From Patescibacteria group bacterium (GTDB lineage: Bacteria > Patescibacteriota > Patescibacteriia > JBDRGY01), in contig JBDRGY010000014.1 in NCBI GenBank assembly GCA_043817315.1, forward strand, positions 8,690 through 72,689: a DNA stretch of 64,000 nucleotides, written 5' to 3'. The notes under the pieces are model-generated. The model saw nothing but the letters and a program-made list of their open reading frames with translations, was not told the DNA's origin and searched no databases. Each line of letters opens with the position of its first letter. The stretch's first letter is position 1. Made by a program: the position numbers and the translations under genes. Positions 18,501 through 27,680 of the stretch are shown here, one piece after another.

Positions 18501-21500
18501 GATTACGATGGTGATGGCTTCGGCGATGATTGTCCTGATAGTGTTTGTGATTTAGAAACCAATAAATGTACCCCGGACGTTCTCGGCTTAAGTCCGGGAG
18601 ATGGTGCCCCCGGTACTTGTGTCACCATTCCCGGCTGTTATTTCGGGGAAAGCACCGGCACGGTTAAATATACCGATGACGTTACAGCAACTTCCATCAG
18701 ATGCCAGGACGATAATTGGCAGGATCACCAGATAGTTTCCGAAGTGCCAGAAGGAGCAAGTAATGGCTTAGTCACTATCAGGAAGCGAGATGGCCTAGAA
18801 GCTGATTCAGCACCTCAAGAGTTTACGGTTAACGCTACGGTCCGGCCCTGTCTCTGCCGCATTGCTCCAAGCAATGGTGAAGAACATGATAAACCAGAGT
18901 TTTACGGGTACGGATTCACCTCAGCAGCCGGAGATCAACTGGCTTATTACACCTCAGCAGCAGGTGGTTTTATAGAAGCTGCTACTTACGGTTCCTGGAC
19001 CGATACCAGAGCCAGCAACGTAGAAGTACCAGTAGGCGTAGCTGAAGGTGATAACCCAGCCAAGGTAACCATAGACGGCCTTGATAGTAATGAACTAGAT
19101 TTCGGCTTTGATCCTGGTTGGGGTCCTCCCTGCTCTTCAGATCCGGACCCGGCAATCTGTACTCCAGATGATGCTATGTGTCCAGTGGATTCTGAATGTC
19201 GTGATACCTATTGCACCTGTCGCTCCCTGCCCAGTTTGGCTTGCGATTCCCAGATAGCAGTAGCCGGTTGTCAGGAAGATGATACTTTGTGCCCGGTTGA
19301 CCATTATTGTGATGCTGCTGATTGTCTCTGCAAGGAAGGATCCGGTCCAGAAGGTGAAGAAGGTGATCCTTGCGATAGCGATGACAGTACGCCAGAATGT
19401 GATCCTGAGGATGCCTTGTGCAACCATGTTGATTTAGTGTGTAACCCTGGTAATTGCGAATGCCGCTGGAAACCGTTTGAGATGCTTCCTTTTTTGATGG
19501 ACGAGGGGTGTACTTCTTCTTTGGTGGTGTTTGAATTCAACCAAAGGGTGGATGCTGCTACAGCCACAGTTAAGGACGCAGATGATGAGTATATTAATAT
19601 TAGGATAGCCGATTTACTTACAGCAGAATATGTTCCGGGCCAACTATCAGTTTATGGCAAGAAGGTAATCTTTAACCCGGACGGATTATTTAAAGAAGAT
19701 GGTCGCTATCAATACGCGATTCAAGCCGGGCCAGGCGGAGTTCTCAGTGAACATGGTGGTGAATTGGAAGCTACCTATCAAGGTGCTTTTGACATTGAGG
19801 GTCCTTGTACTTTGAGTAAGATTAAATTTTTCATGAGTGATGAGCAGGAAGATAATTATGGACCGCCTGATCTTTTTACCTGTAATTATGATTCAGGCTG
19901 TGGGGATGATTTTGATGACGCGGCCACCGGTAACCAGCACGCCCTTTTGGGACTGGGATATGACAATGTAGGCAGAGTGGTCAGCGCGGACTTTACCAGC
20001 TTTGATCGCTATGCTGGAAGTGACGATGTGGTGGTCTGGAACGATCCTTCACCCGTAGCTCCGCCCCCCTCAACTAACCCCTTTTGGTACGGCTATATTG
20101 AGCCCAAATCCGGTACCGACATTGGCACTGCTCAGATAGATGTTGAAGCCACTGATGAGCCCTGGACACCGGTCGGAGAAGAGCCCAATGTGGTCAATAC
20201 CGCTTTTTCAGTGAAAGTCTTTATTTGTGAACATCCTTGGCCCACGGACACCTTCCCCTTTAGAGACCCGGCTCATAATTGGGAAACTTTCTATTGCATG
20301 GACGGTGGCTTGCCGGATTTTACAAACAGAACATCAGTGGTGCCACCTGATCCTGATATCTTGGGTGAATATTTATTAACCAAAGCGGAAGGGGCGGACG
20401 TTATTGGTATCCGGATGATGAAGAATTTTGAACACTATTCACCTTCCGAGTGGTACGCTAAGAAATTCGGGCCCAACACGGGACATCCTATGTCTCTTTC
20501 CATTGACGGTTACCAAGCAGTCAAAGATGGGCGCACAATTTATATCAACGGAGCTAATCTGGGAGGCACCCTTTATTCCAATATGTATATTATCTCCTAC
20601 GACGAAGAAGAGTCTAGTTGTAATATTGCCAAGAACCCCAGCTTTGAAAGCGGCCTGGACGATTGGTCCTCTCAGGGGGGCACGGTCACTATTGACAGCG
20701 GAGTGGGAGCTCAGATTGATGATTCTAGCTCCGTCAAACTGTATTCACCCAACGGTATCCAATCTTTTGTAATGCAGGAATTTGATAACCTAGAGATCGG
20801 AAAATCCTACACTATCTCTGGTTGGGTCAAGGCCGAGTTTGCCGCCAGCAACAAGGGTAGGGTAGGAATTATTACCCAATGTTATGGACTAAGGTGCGAC
20901 GATGGATCTAATGTTGGCAAAAAATGCAAGATTAATGATGACTGTCCCGACAGTAGCTGCGGCATGGGCATAGTCAATGACACTCAGTGCGGATTCCATA
21001 AGTCCTCTTATCCGCTTTGGGGTGATGCCGATGATATTATTCTGGTTAATGATGAAGAAAATGGGGGACATGGTTCCGTACTGCCTTGGACCAAGGTAAA
21101 TGTAACGGTCAAATACGATTCACCCGGGTATACTTTAAGAGTGCTCTGCGTTAATTCAACCACAGAGGCAGACACCGGTATAGCAGGAGGATCTGGTGAG
21201 GGCAATTCCTGGTGCGATTTTATCCAGCTAGAACCCAGAGGTTCTTGTAATCAGTCTTTTGTGCGACAAGTTTACGATGAATTGATAGACAACTGGGCCT
21301 TCAATACTAATGAGGGTAGTTTTGCCGAGGGAGCCCTGGGAGTGGCTCGGGTAAAAAGAGATATTGGTAGATTAGGCGATCTGATGTATGTCAGGAATCG
21401 TTTGATTGACTATGCTGTTATCAATAACAGCTACCCTGACCTGGAAGCCGGTTCCTATATGCGTAATATTTCTTCGTCTCTGTGGCCTTCTTGGCAAGCC

Positions 21501-21830
21501 CGACTGGGTAATGCTCTGGGCAAAGGTTTGCCGTCTGACCCTTTACAAACCACAGCCATTTGTGCCCCTCCATATGATACTGACACCTGCTGGGATGAAG
21601 AGGCCAAGATATTTACCTGTCCGGGAAATGTGTATTCCTATGGCTATCGGGCTTTTGATATCGAAGCCTCAGGCGCTCTCAGGAGCAAATTGTATGGTCA
21701 CCTGGAATATACTGCCGCTGGATGGCAAGATCCAGTCAGTAATTATTCCGGGGATCTTTGTCAGGATCGACAGTGCAGTGATGTTAGTTGTTTCAATAAA
21801 GAGATTAATGTTGGCGACATTACTTTATAA
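15558..21830 (+). CDS. Giant surface protein: N-terminal TrbC/VirB2-type pilin, Ig-like (Big_5-type) and IPT/TIG domains, Cys-rich modules, CBM-like domain, C-terminal pseudopilin-like domain
   Basis: IIYGGYLWLSSRGNEEQVMKAKRVLRDAVIGIVIVLLAWAIV pilin motif; P.ITGISP..G...VTI.G..FG IPT repeats; NPSFESGLDDW CBM4/9-like start; RDIGRLGDL...SYP...LPSDP. Confidence 0.8.
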   Translation: MTGRNKIFQGILAGLFLSSLILAGSYFVLPETSLAGSIDMTVGGSLGYGPSDLLQTVVLIVRWALGLLALVAVIFIIYGGYLWLSSRGNEEQVMKAKRVLRDAVIGIVIVLLAWAIVTYIIGVVGNATNGEGGSSGCGLPDQCVHCDTWCNADGSTSYDPDNCHYLCNLPSSGFKVRWTQPRNDDENVTICTVIQAGFNETVNSSAASVNTGTFSIYPTGSPADIIDGTFTIVDKVIDFMPTDFLAINTAYTFKIEGVLNLDGEEVDPKTVYFTTGEEVDEIPPIVNLTDPIHDQGEVCTNTNIAAVFNEPIRVITVHDGAEDPEPSVRFFKNYDTAAELELPYRDNIHFPDASSFIAKPLDLPLDSFTDYSAYLVGGEISNAITDVCGNQLDGGGGPHFGGVPNGTVDPPDTDRYVWDFETGDNPECTPEITGISPTEGYYTETNVTIDGYYLGITGDVVFKNRVYDKQNCFDGEHYPTEDCVTQWFSTQIKIDTPVGSEDNGNIKVDNGFETATSEQTYQVLSPFINWISPKRGGVGQYVTIKGENFGDIKGNVWFRRPSDRAEVLGIFPPEAQCGVTWWNDKIIITVPPGFNVDDDLVIQVETAPVDPKWSNQKDFKFTDDPPGPGLCLVEPDCGSAGEEVSLYGEKFGDYEDGVTVVNYDEYQAAGYPGAGWSDQHIRAQSQASLANDGYTLRVFNAAGNSNPMPYDIPCGGAPYIINDTSCDPDLDLWPSPNPRPNSTDVCKNAVVNARFGPENQCIGGADEGETCTVDADCDSNQCGMEMNGGTLAGNVILEVCNAGGSFDATACADLGGTLTFYAPNQFTLDPAAAFVADTWYQATVNKEVESSTGAKMNSDYSWHFKIKEDGSDCPVAFVNLYDDGPDPVGEINYIIAAEGDNFEDYHAAPFAEDCTPLAAGGYTYLWSSFNTGVAQVAATTVPANKATAVANGYTYVKVETEGKSDRERLTVNYCDASTDCTDYDGDGFGDDCPDSVCDLETNKCTPDVLGLSPGDGAPGTCVTIPGCYFGESTGTVKYTDDVTATSIRCQDDNWQDHQIVSEVPEGASNGLVTIRKRDGLEADSAPQEFTVNATVRPCLCRIAPSNGEEHDKPEFYGYGFTSAAGDQLAYYTSAAGGFIEAATYGSWTDTRASNVEVPVGVAEGDNPAKVTIDGLDSNELDFGFDPGWGPPCSSDPDPAICTPDDAMCPVDSECRDTYCTCRSLPSLACDSQIAVAGCQEDDTLCPVDHYCDAADCLCKEGSGPEGEEGDPCDSDDSTPECDPEDALCNHVDLVCNPGNCECRWKPFEMLPFLMDEGCTSSLVVFEFNQRVDAATATVKDADDEYINIRIADLLTAEYVPGQLSVYGKKVIFNPDGLFKEDGRYQYAIQAGPGGVLSEHGGELEATYQGAFDIEGPCTLSKIKFFMSDEQEDNYGPPDLFTCNYDSGCGDDFDDAATGNQHALLGLGYDNVGRVVSADFTSFDRYAGSDDVVVWNDPSPVAPPPSTNPFWYGYIEPKSGTDIGTAQIDVEATDEPWTPVGEEPNVVNTAFSVKVFICEHPWPTDTFPFRDPAHNWETFYCMDGGLPDFTNRTSVVPPDPDILGEYLLTKAEGADVIGIRMMKNFEHYSPSEWYAKKFGPNTGHPMSLSIDGYQAVKDGRTIYINGANLGGTLYSNMYIISYDEEESSCNIAKNPSFESGLDDWSSQGGTVTIDSGVGAQIDDSSSVKLYSPNGIQSFVMQEFDNLEIGKSYTISGWVKAEFAASNKGRVGIITQCYGLRCDDGSNVGKKCKINDDCPDSSCGMGIVNDTQCGFHKSSYPLWGDADDIILVNDEENGGHGSVLPWTKVNVTVKYDSPGYTLRVLCVNSTTEADTGIAGGSGEGNSWCDFIQLEPRGSCNQSFVRQVYDELIDNWAFNTNEGSFAEGALGVARVKRDIGRLGDLMYVRNRLIDYAVINNSYPDLEAGSYMRNISSSLWPSWQARLGNALGKGLPSDPLQTTAICAPPYDTDTCWDEEAKIFTCPGNVYSYGYRAFDIEASGALRSKLYGHLEYTAAGWQDPVSNYSGDLCQDRQCSDVSCFNKEINVGDITL

Positions 21831-21849
21831 TTAAGATATTTAGGATAGT

Positions 21850-22629
21850 ATGCCAGAAGAAAATATAAACCACCCCCCAAAGCAAGTAGAAGATATTTTT
21901 GAAGATGTGGATCAAAGTCCAGTTGCGGCTGGACCTCCGCCAGCTCCACCAGTTTCACCAGCAGAACCAGTATCTACTCCACCCGCTCAGCCGATGTCAG
22001 CTCCAGCTGCCCCCAAACAAGATGTTGGTTTTCCCTCTCCTGTGGCGGGCGGAACTCCCAAACCACCCAAAATTCCTATGTCATCCGGGCTCAGATGGAT
22101 AATCATAATTGTGGTGGGTGTAGCCATAATCATTTTGGGCTTAGGTGTTTATTATTATTTTGTGAGACAGACTGAAAATGATAATATTAATAATGTTAAT
22201 GACAACCTTAACTCGACAACGGCCAGTGTCAATACCAACTTGAACACAAACCTAAACACCAATGTCAACGGGAATGTTAACCAGAACACCAATCAGACAG
22301 TTACCAATCTAAATCAAAACACCAACCTTAACATCAACACTAATACCAATGTCAATACTAATACCAACCTTAATGCCAACACCAACCAGGCCCCAGACCA
22401 AGATCAAGACGGATTGACTGATGCTGAAGAAAAGCAGTTGGGAACTGACCCCGAAGTTGTTGATTCAGACGGTGACGGGTTATATGATTATGAGGAAGTG
22501 AAAATTTATACCACGGATCCCTTGGACGCAGACACAGACGGTGATGGTTTCGAAGATGGTCAAGAAGTGCAAAATGGTTACAATCCCAAAGGTGATGGTA
22601 AAATTATAAATACCAACATTAATAGCTAA
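21850..22629 (+). CDS. Single-TM protein: Pro-rich N-terminus, Asn/Thr-rich stalk, Ca-binding DxDxDG (TSP3-like) repeats
   Basis: DQDQDGLTD, DSDGDGLYD and DTDGDGFEDG repeats after an NTN-rich tract. Confidence 0.8.
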   Translation: MPEENINHPPKQVEDIFEDVDQSPVAAGPPPAPPVSPAEPVSTPPAQPMSAPAAPKQDVGFPSPVAGGTPKPPKIPMSSGLRWIIIIVVGVAIIILGLGVYYYFVRQTENDNINNVNDNLNSTTASVNTNLNTNLNTNVNGNVNQNTNQTVTNLNQNTNLNINTNTNVNTNTNLNANTNQAPDQDQDGLTDAEEKQLGTDPEVVDSDGDGLYDYEEVKIYTTDPLDADTDGDGFEDGQEVQNGYNPKGDGKIINTNINS

Positions 22630-22646
22630 ATAAAAGGAAAAAGATA

Positions 22647-24302
22647 ATGGCATTTTCTGATGAAAACAAACAAGATAGTCTAGGCTCCACTCCTCTAGGG
22701 CCCGGCCAGAGCGTCCAGCCCGATATTGAGGGAGGAGACTTTGAGCTTCCCACGCCCCCCAGCCAGGAAGATGATAGAGCAGAGGAACCGGTTCAAAGGG
22801 CAGCAGTTGGTACGGTTTCGGAGCCAATAATGCACACTATGCCCAGTAAGTTTTTATCAGGAAAGTCCAGCAAGGGAAGCGAGCAGAAGAAAAAGGGTTC
22901 ACCCAAGAAAATCATTATATGGGGCGCAATTATTTTTGTCGTCCTGGTTGGTCTAGTTTTGGGAGCCATCCTTCTGTTTAATAACGCAGTCAATACAAAT
23001 AACGTTAATAGTAATGTGACAGTTAATGCCAACAGCAATTCGACAGGTCAGTTGGATCGGGCAGCGGTGGTCAAGGAAATTGATGCCGACGATAGCCTGG
23101 CCGGCTATTTGTCGGACAATAACTGCATTTCGGTGAATGAAGATCTGAGCGGTTACATCGCCAAAATGGTAGAAGTGCGCTTGGGAATTATTAACGATTA
23201 TATTGCTTATGATGGTTCTGGTTTGTCAGTCAGCATGCTAAGAAGCTCTTATCCTACTGGCACTTTTATTTCCACATTTAAGTTGTATGCCAAAGGAAAC
23301 GGATACGAAGTTCCCGATATGGAAGATTTTTGGTATGTGGGCATGACCTTTGGTGATACCTGTAATAAACAAGTAGAAGTTTGGGTTGACCTCGACCAAC
23401 CTGACCAGGTCTATTACGGTGATTTGCACGATTCTGAGGATTGGATTATGACCAATGTCGGTACCAACACCAACACCAATCAGAATGTTAACGCGAATAG
23501 CAACATAAACCAAAACACTAATACCAATCAGAATAGTAATACCAACACCAACGTCAATCTAAATACCCCGGTTTCCGACAGCGAGGACACTGATAACGAC
23601 AGCCTGACCGATGTAGAGGAAATTGCCTACGGTACTCAGGACAATTTGCCCGATACTGATGGTGATGGTTACACCGATGGCACCGAGGTGCAAAATGGTT
23701 ATAACCCCAAAGGCAGCGGTTCTTTGTCCAGCTCTGATTTGGTTGAGACTTATACCAATGATGTCCAAAACTACACTATTTTGTATCCTCGCGCCCTCCT
23801 AGATCAACCTACCAGCGTAGAAACAAAAAAAGAAGTTGTTTTCTTGGCGCCTTCCGGCGAGTTTATTGAAGTAACGGTCCAAGATAACCCCTCTCAGCTG
23901 GCTGCCTCGGCCTGGTATATGGCTCGTAATCCAGGAGTCGATATGACTACTCTAGATAGTATTACCGTAAACGGGCTGAAGGGAATTCTCAGTCCTGATA
24001 AATTAGCTGCCTACTTGGCCCAAGATGAAAAAATCTTTGTCATATCATATGATCGAGGCACCAAGACAGAAATCGGCTATCGCACCACTTTCAAAATGAT
24101 GTATAAAAGTTTTGTGGCAGAATCAGTACCTATTAACAGCAATACTAATCAAAATCTGAATACCAATATTAATACCAATTCCAACAGCAATGTAAATACC
24201 AATACTAACAGTAATTCCAACACCAACACCAATACCAACACCAATACCAATACCAACACCAACTCAAACATTAATCAAAACAGCAACACTAATTCCTTGT
24301 AG
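22647..24302 (+). CDS. Single-TM protein with Asn-rich tracts and TSP3-like DxDxDG repeats
   Basis: TM after KKIII; DTDNDSLTD and DTDGDGYTDG..EVQNGYNPKG; C-terminal (NT)n tract. Confidence 0.78.
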   Translation: MAFSDENKQDSLGSTPLGPGQSVQPDIEGGDFELPTPPSQEDDRAEEPVQRAAVGTVSEPIMHTMPSKFLSGKSSKGSEQKKKGSPKKIIIWGAIIFVVLVGLVLGAILLFNNAVNTNNVNSNVTVNANSNSTGQLDRAAVVKEIDADDSLAGYLSDNNCISVNEDLSGYIAKMVEVRLGIINDYIAYDGSGLSVSMLRSSYPTGTFISTFKLYAKGNGYEVPDMEDFWYVGMTFGDTCNKQVEVWVDLDQPDQVYYGDLHDSEDWIMTNVGTNTNTNQNVNANSNINQNTNTNQNSNTNTNVNLNTPVSDSEDTDNDSLTDVEEIAYGTQDNLPDTDGDGYTDGTEVQNGYNPKGSGSLSSSDLVETYTNDVQNYTILYPRALLDQPTSVETKKEVVFLAPSGEFIEVTVQDNPSQLAASAWYMARNPGVDMTTLDSITVNGLKGILSPDKLAAYLAQDEKIFVISYDRGTKTEIGYRTTFKMMYKSFVAESVPINSNTNQNLNTNINTNSNSNVNTNTNSNSNTNTNTNTNTNTNTNSNINQNSNTNSL

Positions 24303-24325
24303 GGATTTTTGTAATTGTTCTTTTT

Positions 24326-24727
24326 ATGCCAGTTGCCATTAATAACACCATAAAGCAGGAAATTGATAAGCGCTTTTTCCAGAAGACGGCTCGGTCAGTT
24401 TTTCGGGTCTGCAAAAAGTCCCTATCAAAGTACCAACTTTCAATTGCCCTGGTCGACAATCGAACGATCAGGCGGCTGAATAAACAATATCGAAATAAAA
24501 ACAAAATAACTACTGTCTTATCCTTTTCTTTCTCGGAAGAATCAGGTGAAATTGTTTTAGCTGTTCCTGAAATCAGAAAAAAAAGCCAGGAGGAGGGGAT
24601 AAGCTTTAAAAACAACCTGCAGAGAATACTGGTGCATGGTCTTTTGCATCTTTGTGGTTATCATCATGGCAATCAAAAAGAAGCCAGGAGGGCGGAGGCG
24701 CTAGAATATAAAATATTAGCCAGATAA
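24326..24727 (+). CDS. ybeY: rRNA maturation RNase YbeY
   Basis: LNKQYRNK..T.VLSF and HGLLHLCGYHH motif. Confidence 0.93.
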   Translation: MPVAINNTIKQEIDKRFFQKTARSVFRVCKKSLSKYQLSIALVDNRTIRRLNKQYRNKNKITTVLSFSFSEESGEIVLAVPEIRKKSQEEGISFKNNLQRILVHGLLHLCGYHHGNQKEARRAEALEYKILAR

Positions 24728-25093
24728 ATGCCTGTTTTTAACATCAAAACTCTACTTAAAAGCTTTACCTATGCTTGGCGCGGCTTTCGTTACGCCACTC
24801 GCCGGGAGCAAAATTTTAGGATTCATTTGGTTTCAACGGTGGTGGTGATACTATTAATGATATTTTTCAGCGTAACTCTATACGAAGCCATTATTTTGAC
24901 TATAGCCATTATGTTCGTTTTGATCCTAGAGCTGGTAAACATAATATTTGAGAGACTGGTTGATATGTTGCAGCCTCGCATTCACCATTATGCCGAAATT
25001 ATCAAGGATTTGATGGCCACTGCTGTTCTGGTAGCCTCTGCCGGGGCCCTGATTGTAGGCATATTAGTGTTCTATCCCTACCTTTTTTCTTAA
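24728..25093 (+). CDS. dgkA: Diacylglycerol/undecaprenol kinase family protein
   Basis: SFTYAWRG, EQNFRIH, ELVNIIFERLVD and IKDLMATAVL. Confidence 0.9.
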   Translation: MPVFNIKTLLKSFTYAWRGFRYATRREQNFRIHLVSTVVVILLMIFFSVTLYEAIILTIAIMFVLILELVNIIFERLVDMLQPRIHHYAEIIKDLMATAVLVASAGALIVGILVFYPYLFS

Positions 25094-25155
25094 GTTGCAC
25101 ATAATCAGTAAATACTTTATAATAAAAATAAATATTTCAGAAGGAAGAAACAAGA

Positions 25156-26403
25156 ATGGCAAGAGAATCAATTATCACTGGAGTTGATATCGGCTCGAAC
25201 GCAGTCCGGGTAATGGTGGGACAGAGAAACGCAGTAGAAGAGCCACTGCAGATTATCGGAGTAGGCGAGGTCCCCTCAGAAGGGATCAGTAAAGGTGTGG
25301 TCACAAGTATTGAAGACGCCGTTTCTTCTATTTCTAAAGGCCTGGAGAAGGCGGAGAGGATGACGGGTATTCCCATCGAACATGCCTATATTGGCATTGG
25401 TGGAACTCATGTTATTTCTCAGGACAGCCACGGTGTGATAGCCGTTTCCAAGGCTGACGGAGAAATTAAGGAAGAAGATGTAGAAAGAGTGATTGAAGCG
25501 GCTCAAGCAGTTGCCACTCCGCCCAACTACGAAATCCTTCATGTTATCCCCAGAAGTTTTACCGTGGATGACCAAAAAGGAATAAAAGATCCGATCGGTA
25601 TGTCGGGAATCAGGCTGGAAGTTGACGCTCAAATTATTCAGGGTTTAACCGCTCAAATAAAAAATTTAACCAAATCAGTTTACCGCACTTCAGTTGATAT
25701 TGATGATTTAGTCTTGGGCATATTGGCCTCAGCCGAAGCCTGTATTAGCAAGAGACAAAAAGAACTGGGAGTGGTCTTGGTCAATATCGGCAGTGCTACT
25801 AGTTCCTTGATGGTCTTTGAAGAGGGTGACGTATTGCATACAGCCATTCTGCCAATTGGGGCCGGCCATATTACCAATGACATTGCTATCGGGTTACGTA
25901 CTTCCATCGAGATTGCCGAAAAAATAAAGTTGGATTACGGCTCAGCCCTGCCTAAAGATATCAGTAAACATCAGGAAATTGATCTTTCCAACATCGAAGA
26001 ATCAGAAGAGGGATTGGTTTCCCAAAAACAGGTGGCCGAGATTATTGAAGCCAGGCTAGAGGAGATATATAAAATGGTAGATAAAGAGCTAAAAGAAATT
26101 GATCGCTCAGGCTTATTGCCGGCGGGAGTAGTATTATCGGGCGGAGGATCCAAACTGCCCGGAGCTGTCGAAGTAGCCAAACGAATATTTAAACTGCCCA
26201 GCACTATTGGTTATCCCTCAGAGATAATTACAGCCATTGATAAAGTTAAAGATCCCTCCTTTACTGTAGCTGTCGGTTTAGTCTTGTGGGGATCTCAGAT
26301 GGAAGATAAGGTGGGTGGTCGCAAGATTTTCAGTACTGATTTCTCTTCTGTCTCCAAGGCAACAGATAAGATGAAGAGCTGGTTTAAGTCGCTAATGCCA
26401 TAG
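25156..26403 (+). CDS. ftsA: Cell division protein FtsA
   Basis: GVDIGS, HITNDIAIGL, AEKIKLDYG, IIEARLEEI and VLSGGGS. Confidence 0.96.
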   Translation: MARESIITGVDIGSNAVRVMVGQRNAVEEPLQIIGVGEVPSEGISKGVVTSIEDAVSSISKGLEKAERMTGIPIEHAYIGIGGTHVISQDSHGVIAVSKADGEIKEEDVERVIEAAQAVATPPNYEILHVIPRSFTVDDQKGIKDPIGMSGIRLEVDAQIIQGLTAQIKNLTKSVYRTSVDIDDLVLGILASAEACISKRQKELGVVLVNIGSATSSLMVFEEGDVLHTAILPIGAGHITNDIAIGLRTSIEIAEKIKLDYGSALPKDISKHQEIDLSNIEESEEGLVSQKQVAEIIEARLEEIYKMVDKELKEIDRSGLLPAGVVLSGGGSKLPGAVEVAKRIFKLPSTIGYPSEIITAIDKVKDPSFTVAVGLVLWGSQMEDKVGGRKIFSTDFSSVSKATDKMKSWFKSLMP

Positions 26404-26405
26404 TC

Positions 26406-27590
26406 ATGGCCCCAAATAATATTAAGAAAGATAAATCTATGGAAATTAAACCGGAAATTGAAACTTTCGCCAAGATCCAAGTAATTGGCGTAGGAGGAAG
26501 TGGCAATGCCGCAATTAATAGAATGATTTCTTCGAAAATCAGAGGTGTTGATTTTGTGGCCATTAATACCGATGCTCAAGCCCTTCATCATTCCAGGGCC
26601 GGAACCAAATTACACATAGGAAAAATGACTACCAAAGGCTTGGGAGCTGGCATGGACCCAGAATTGGGACTAAAGGCAGCCGAAGAGAATCAGGACGAAT
26701 TACATGAGATGATTAAGGGATCCGATATGGTATTTATCACTTGTGGCCTGGGAGGAGGAACTGGTACCGGAGCCTCACCAGTCATCGCTGATATCGCCAA
26801 AGACGTTGGAGCCTTAACCGTGGGAGTGGTCACTAAACCATTTGGTTTTGAAGGAGAACAGAGGAGACTTCTAGCCGACAGGGGATTGTCTGATTTAGCT
26901 GAAAAGGTTGATTCAATCATCACAATTCCCAATGACCGCATTTTACAAATTATTGATAAGAAAACTTCTTTGTTAGATTCTTTTGCAATTGTTGATGATG
27001 TTCTCCGTCAAGGCGTCCAGGGTATTTCCGATTTGATTACGGTGCCAGGATTGATTAACGTTGACTTTGCTGATGTCAAAGCCATTATGGAGAACACGGG
27101 TTCAGCCCTGATGGGAATCGGTAATGCCACTGGAGAGAATCGGGCCATAGAAGCGGCCAAGTCCGCCATCGACAGCCCCTTGCTGGAATTGTCTATTGAC
27201 GGAGCCAAAGGCATCCTGTTTACCATATCGGGTGGTCCGGGATTGGGTATGTATGAAGTTAACGAGGCGGCTAAAGTGATTACTTCCAACGCCGACGCCA
27301 ATGCTAAGGTTATATTCGGTGCAGTCATCGATGAAAATATGAAAGATCAGATCTCCATAACCGTTATTGCTACAGGTTTCGGAGAAAAGGGCAGAAAAGC
27401 TGCCAGGAAGGTATCAGCAACTCGGTTAACTCCATTTGAAGAGGAAAAACCTGAAAGAAATGAAAAGAAAAAGCCGGCCTTTGAACCGGTGCCTCCAGTA
27501 TTAGGAGCAACACCAGACCAAGACGACATTAAGAAAAAAGAGGAAGAAGAACTAGAAATTCCGGCCTTTATCCGGAAAAAGATGATGTAG
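26406..27590 (+). CDS. ftsZ: Cell division protein FtsZ
   Basis: GVGGSGNAA, GGGTGTG, NVDFADV and C-terminal EIPAFIRKK. The start may be ATG 26439. Confidence 0.98.
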   Translation: MAPNNIKKDKSMEIKPEIETFAKIQVIGVGGSGNAAINRMISSKIRGVDFVAINTDAQALHHSRAGTKLHIGKMTTKGLGAGMDPELGLKAAEENQDELHEMIKGSDMVFITCGLGGGTGTGASPVIADIAKDVGALTVGVVTKPFGFEGEQRRLLADRGLSDLAEKVDSIITIPNDRILQIIDKKTSLLDSFAIVDDVLRQGVQGISDLITVPGLINVDFADVKAIMENTGSALMGIGNATGENRAIEAAKSAIDSPLLELSIDGAKGILFTISGGPGLGMYEVNEAAKVITSNADANAKVIFGAVIDENMKDQISITVIATGFGEKGRKAARKVSATRLTPFEEEKPERNEKKKPAFEPVPPVLGATPDQDDIKKKEEEELEIPAFIRKKMM

Positions 27591-27632
27591 TCCCCTTTTC
27601 GCAAACTTTTTTGATATAAAATAAAACAAAAT

Positions 27633-27664
27633 ACTGAAAGTTTTTTGAGTCTTTCAGTTTTTTT
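27633..27664 (+). terminator. Intrinsic terminator-like hairpin between ftsZ and nrdJ
   Basis: ACTGAAAG...CTTTCAGT followed by a T run. Confidence 0.55.
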
Positions 27665-27680
27665 ACCGACTATTCTAACA

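Noticed and set aside
24135-24295. AAC/ACC/AAT tandem array as a CRISPR or non-coding satellite
   Set aside because: It is in-frame coding for an Asn/Thr tract. No repeat-spacer structure or cas genes occur in the window.
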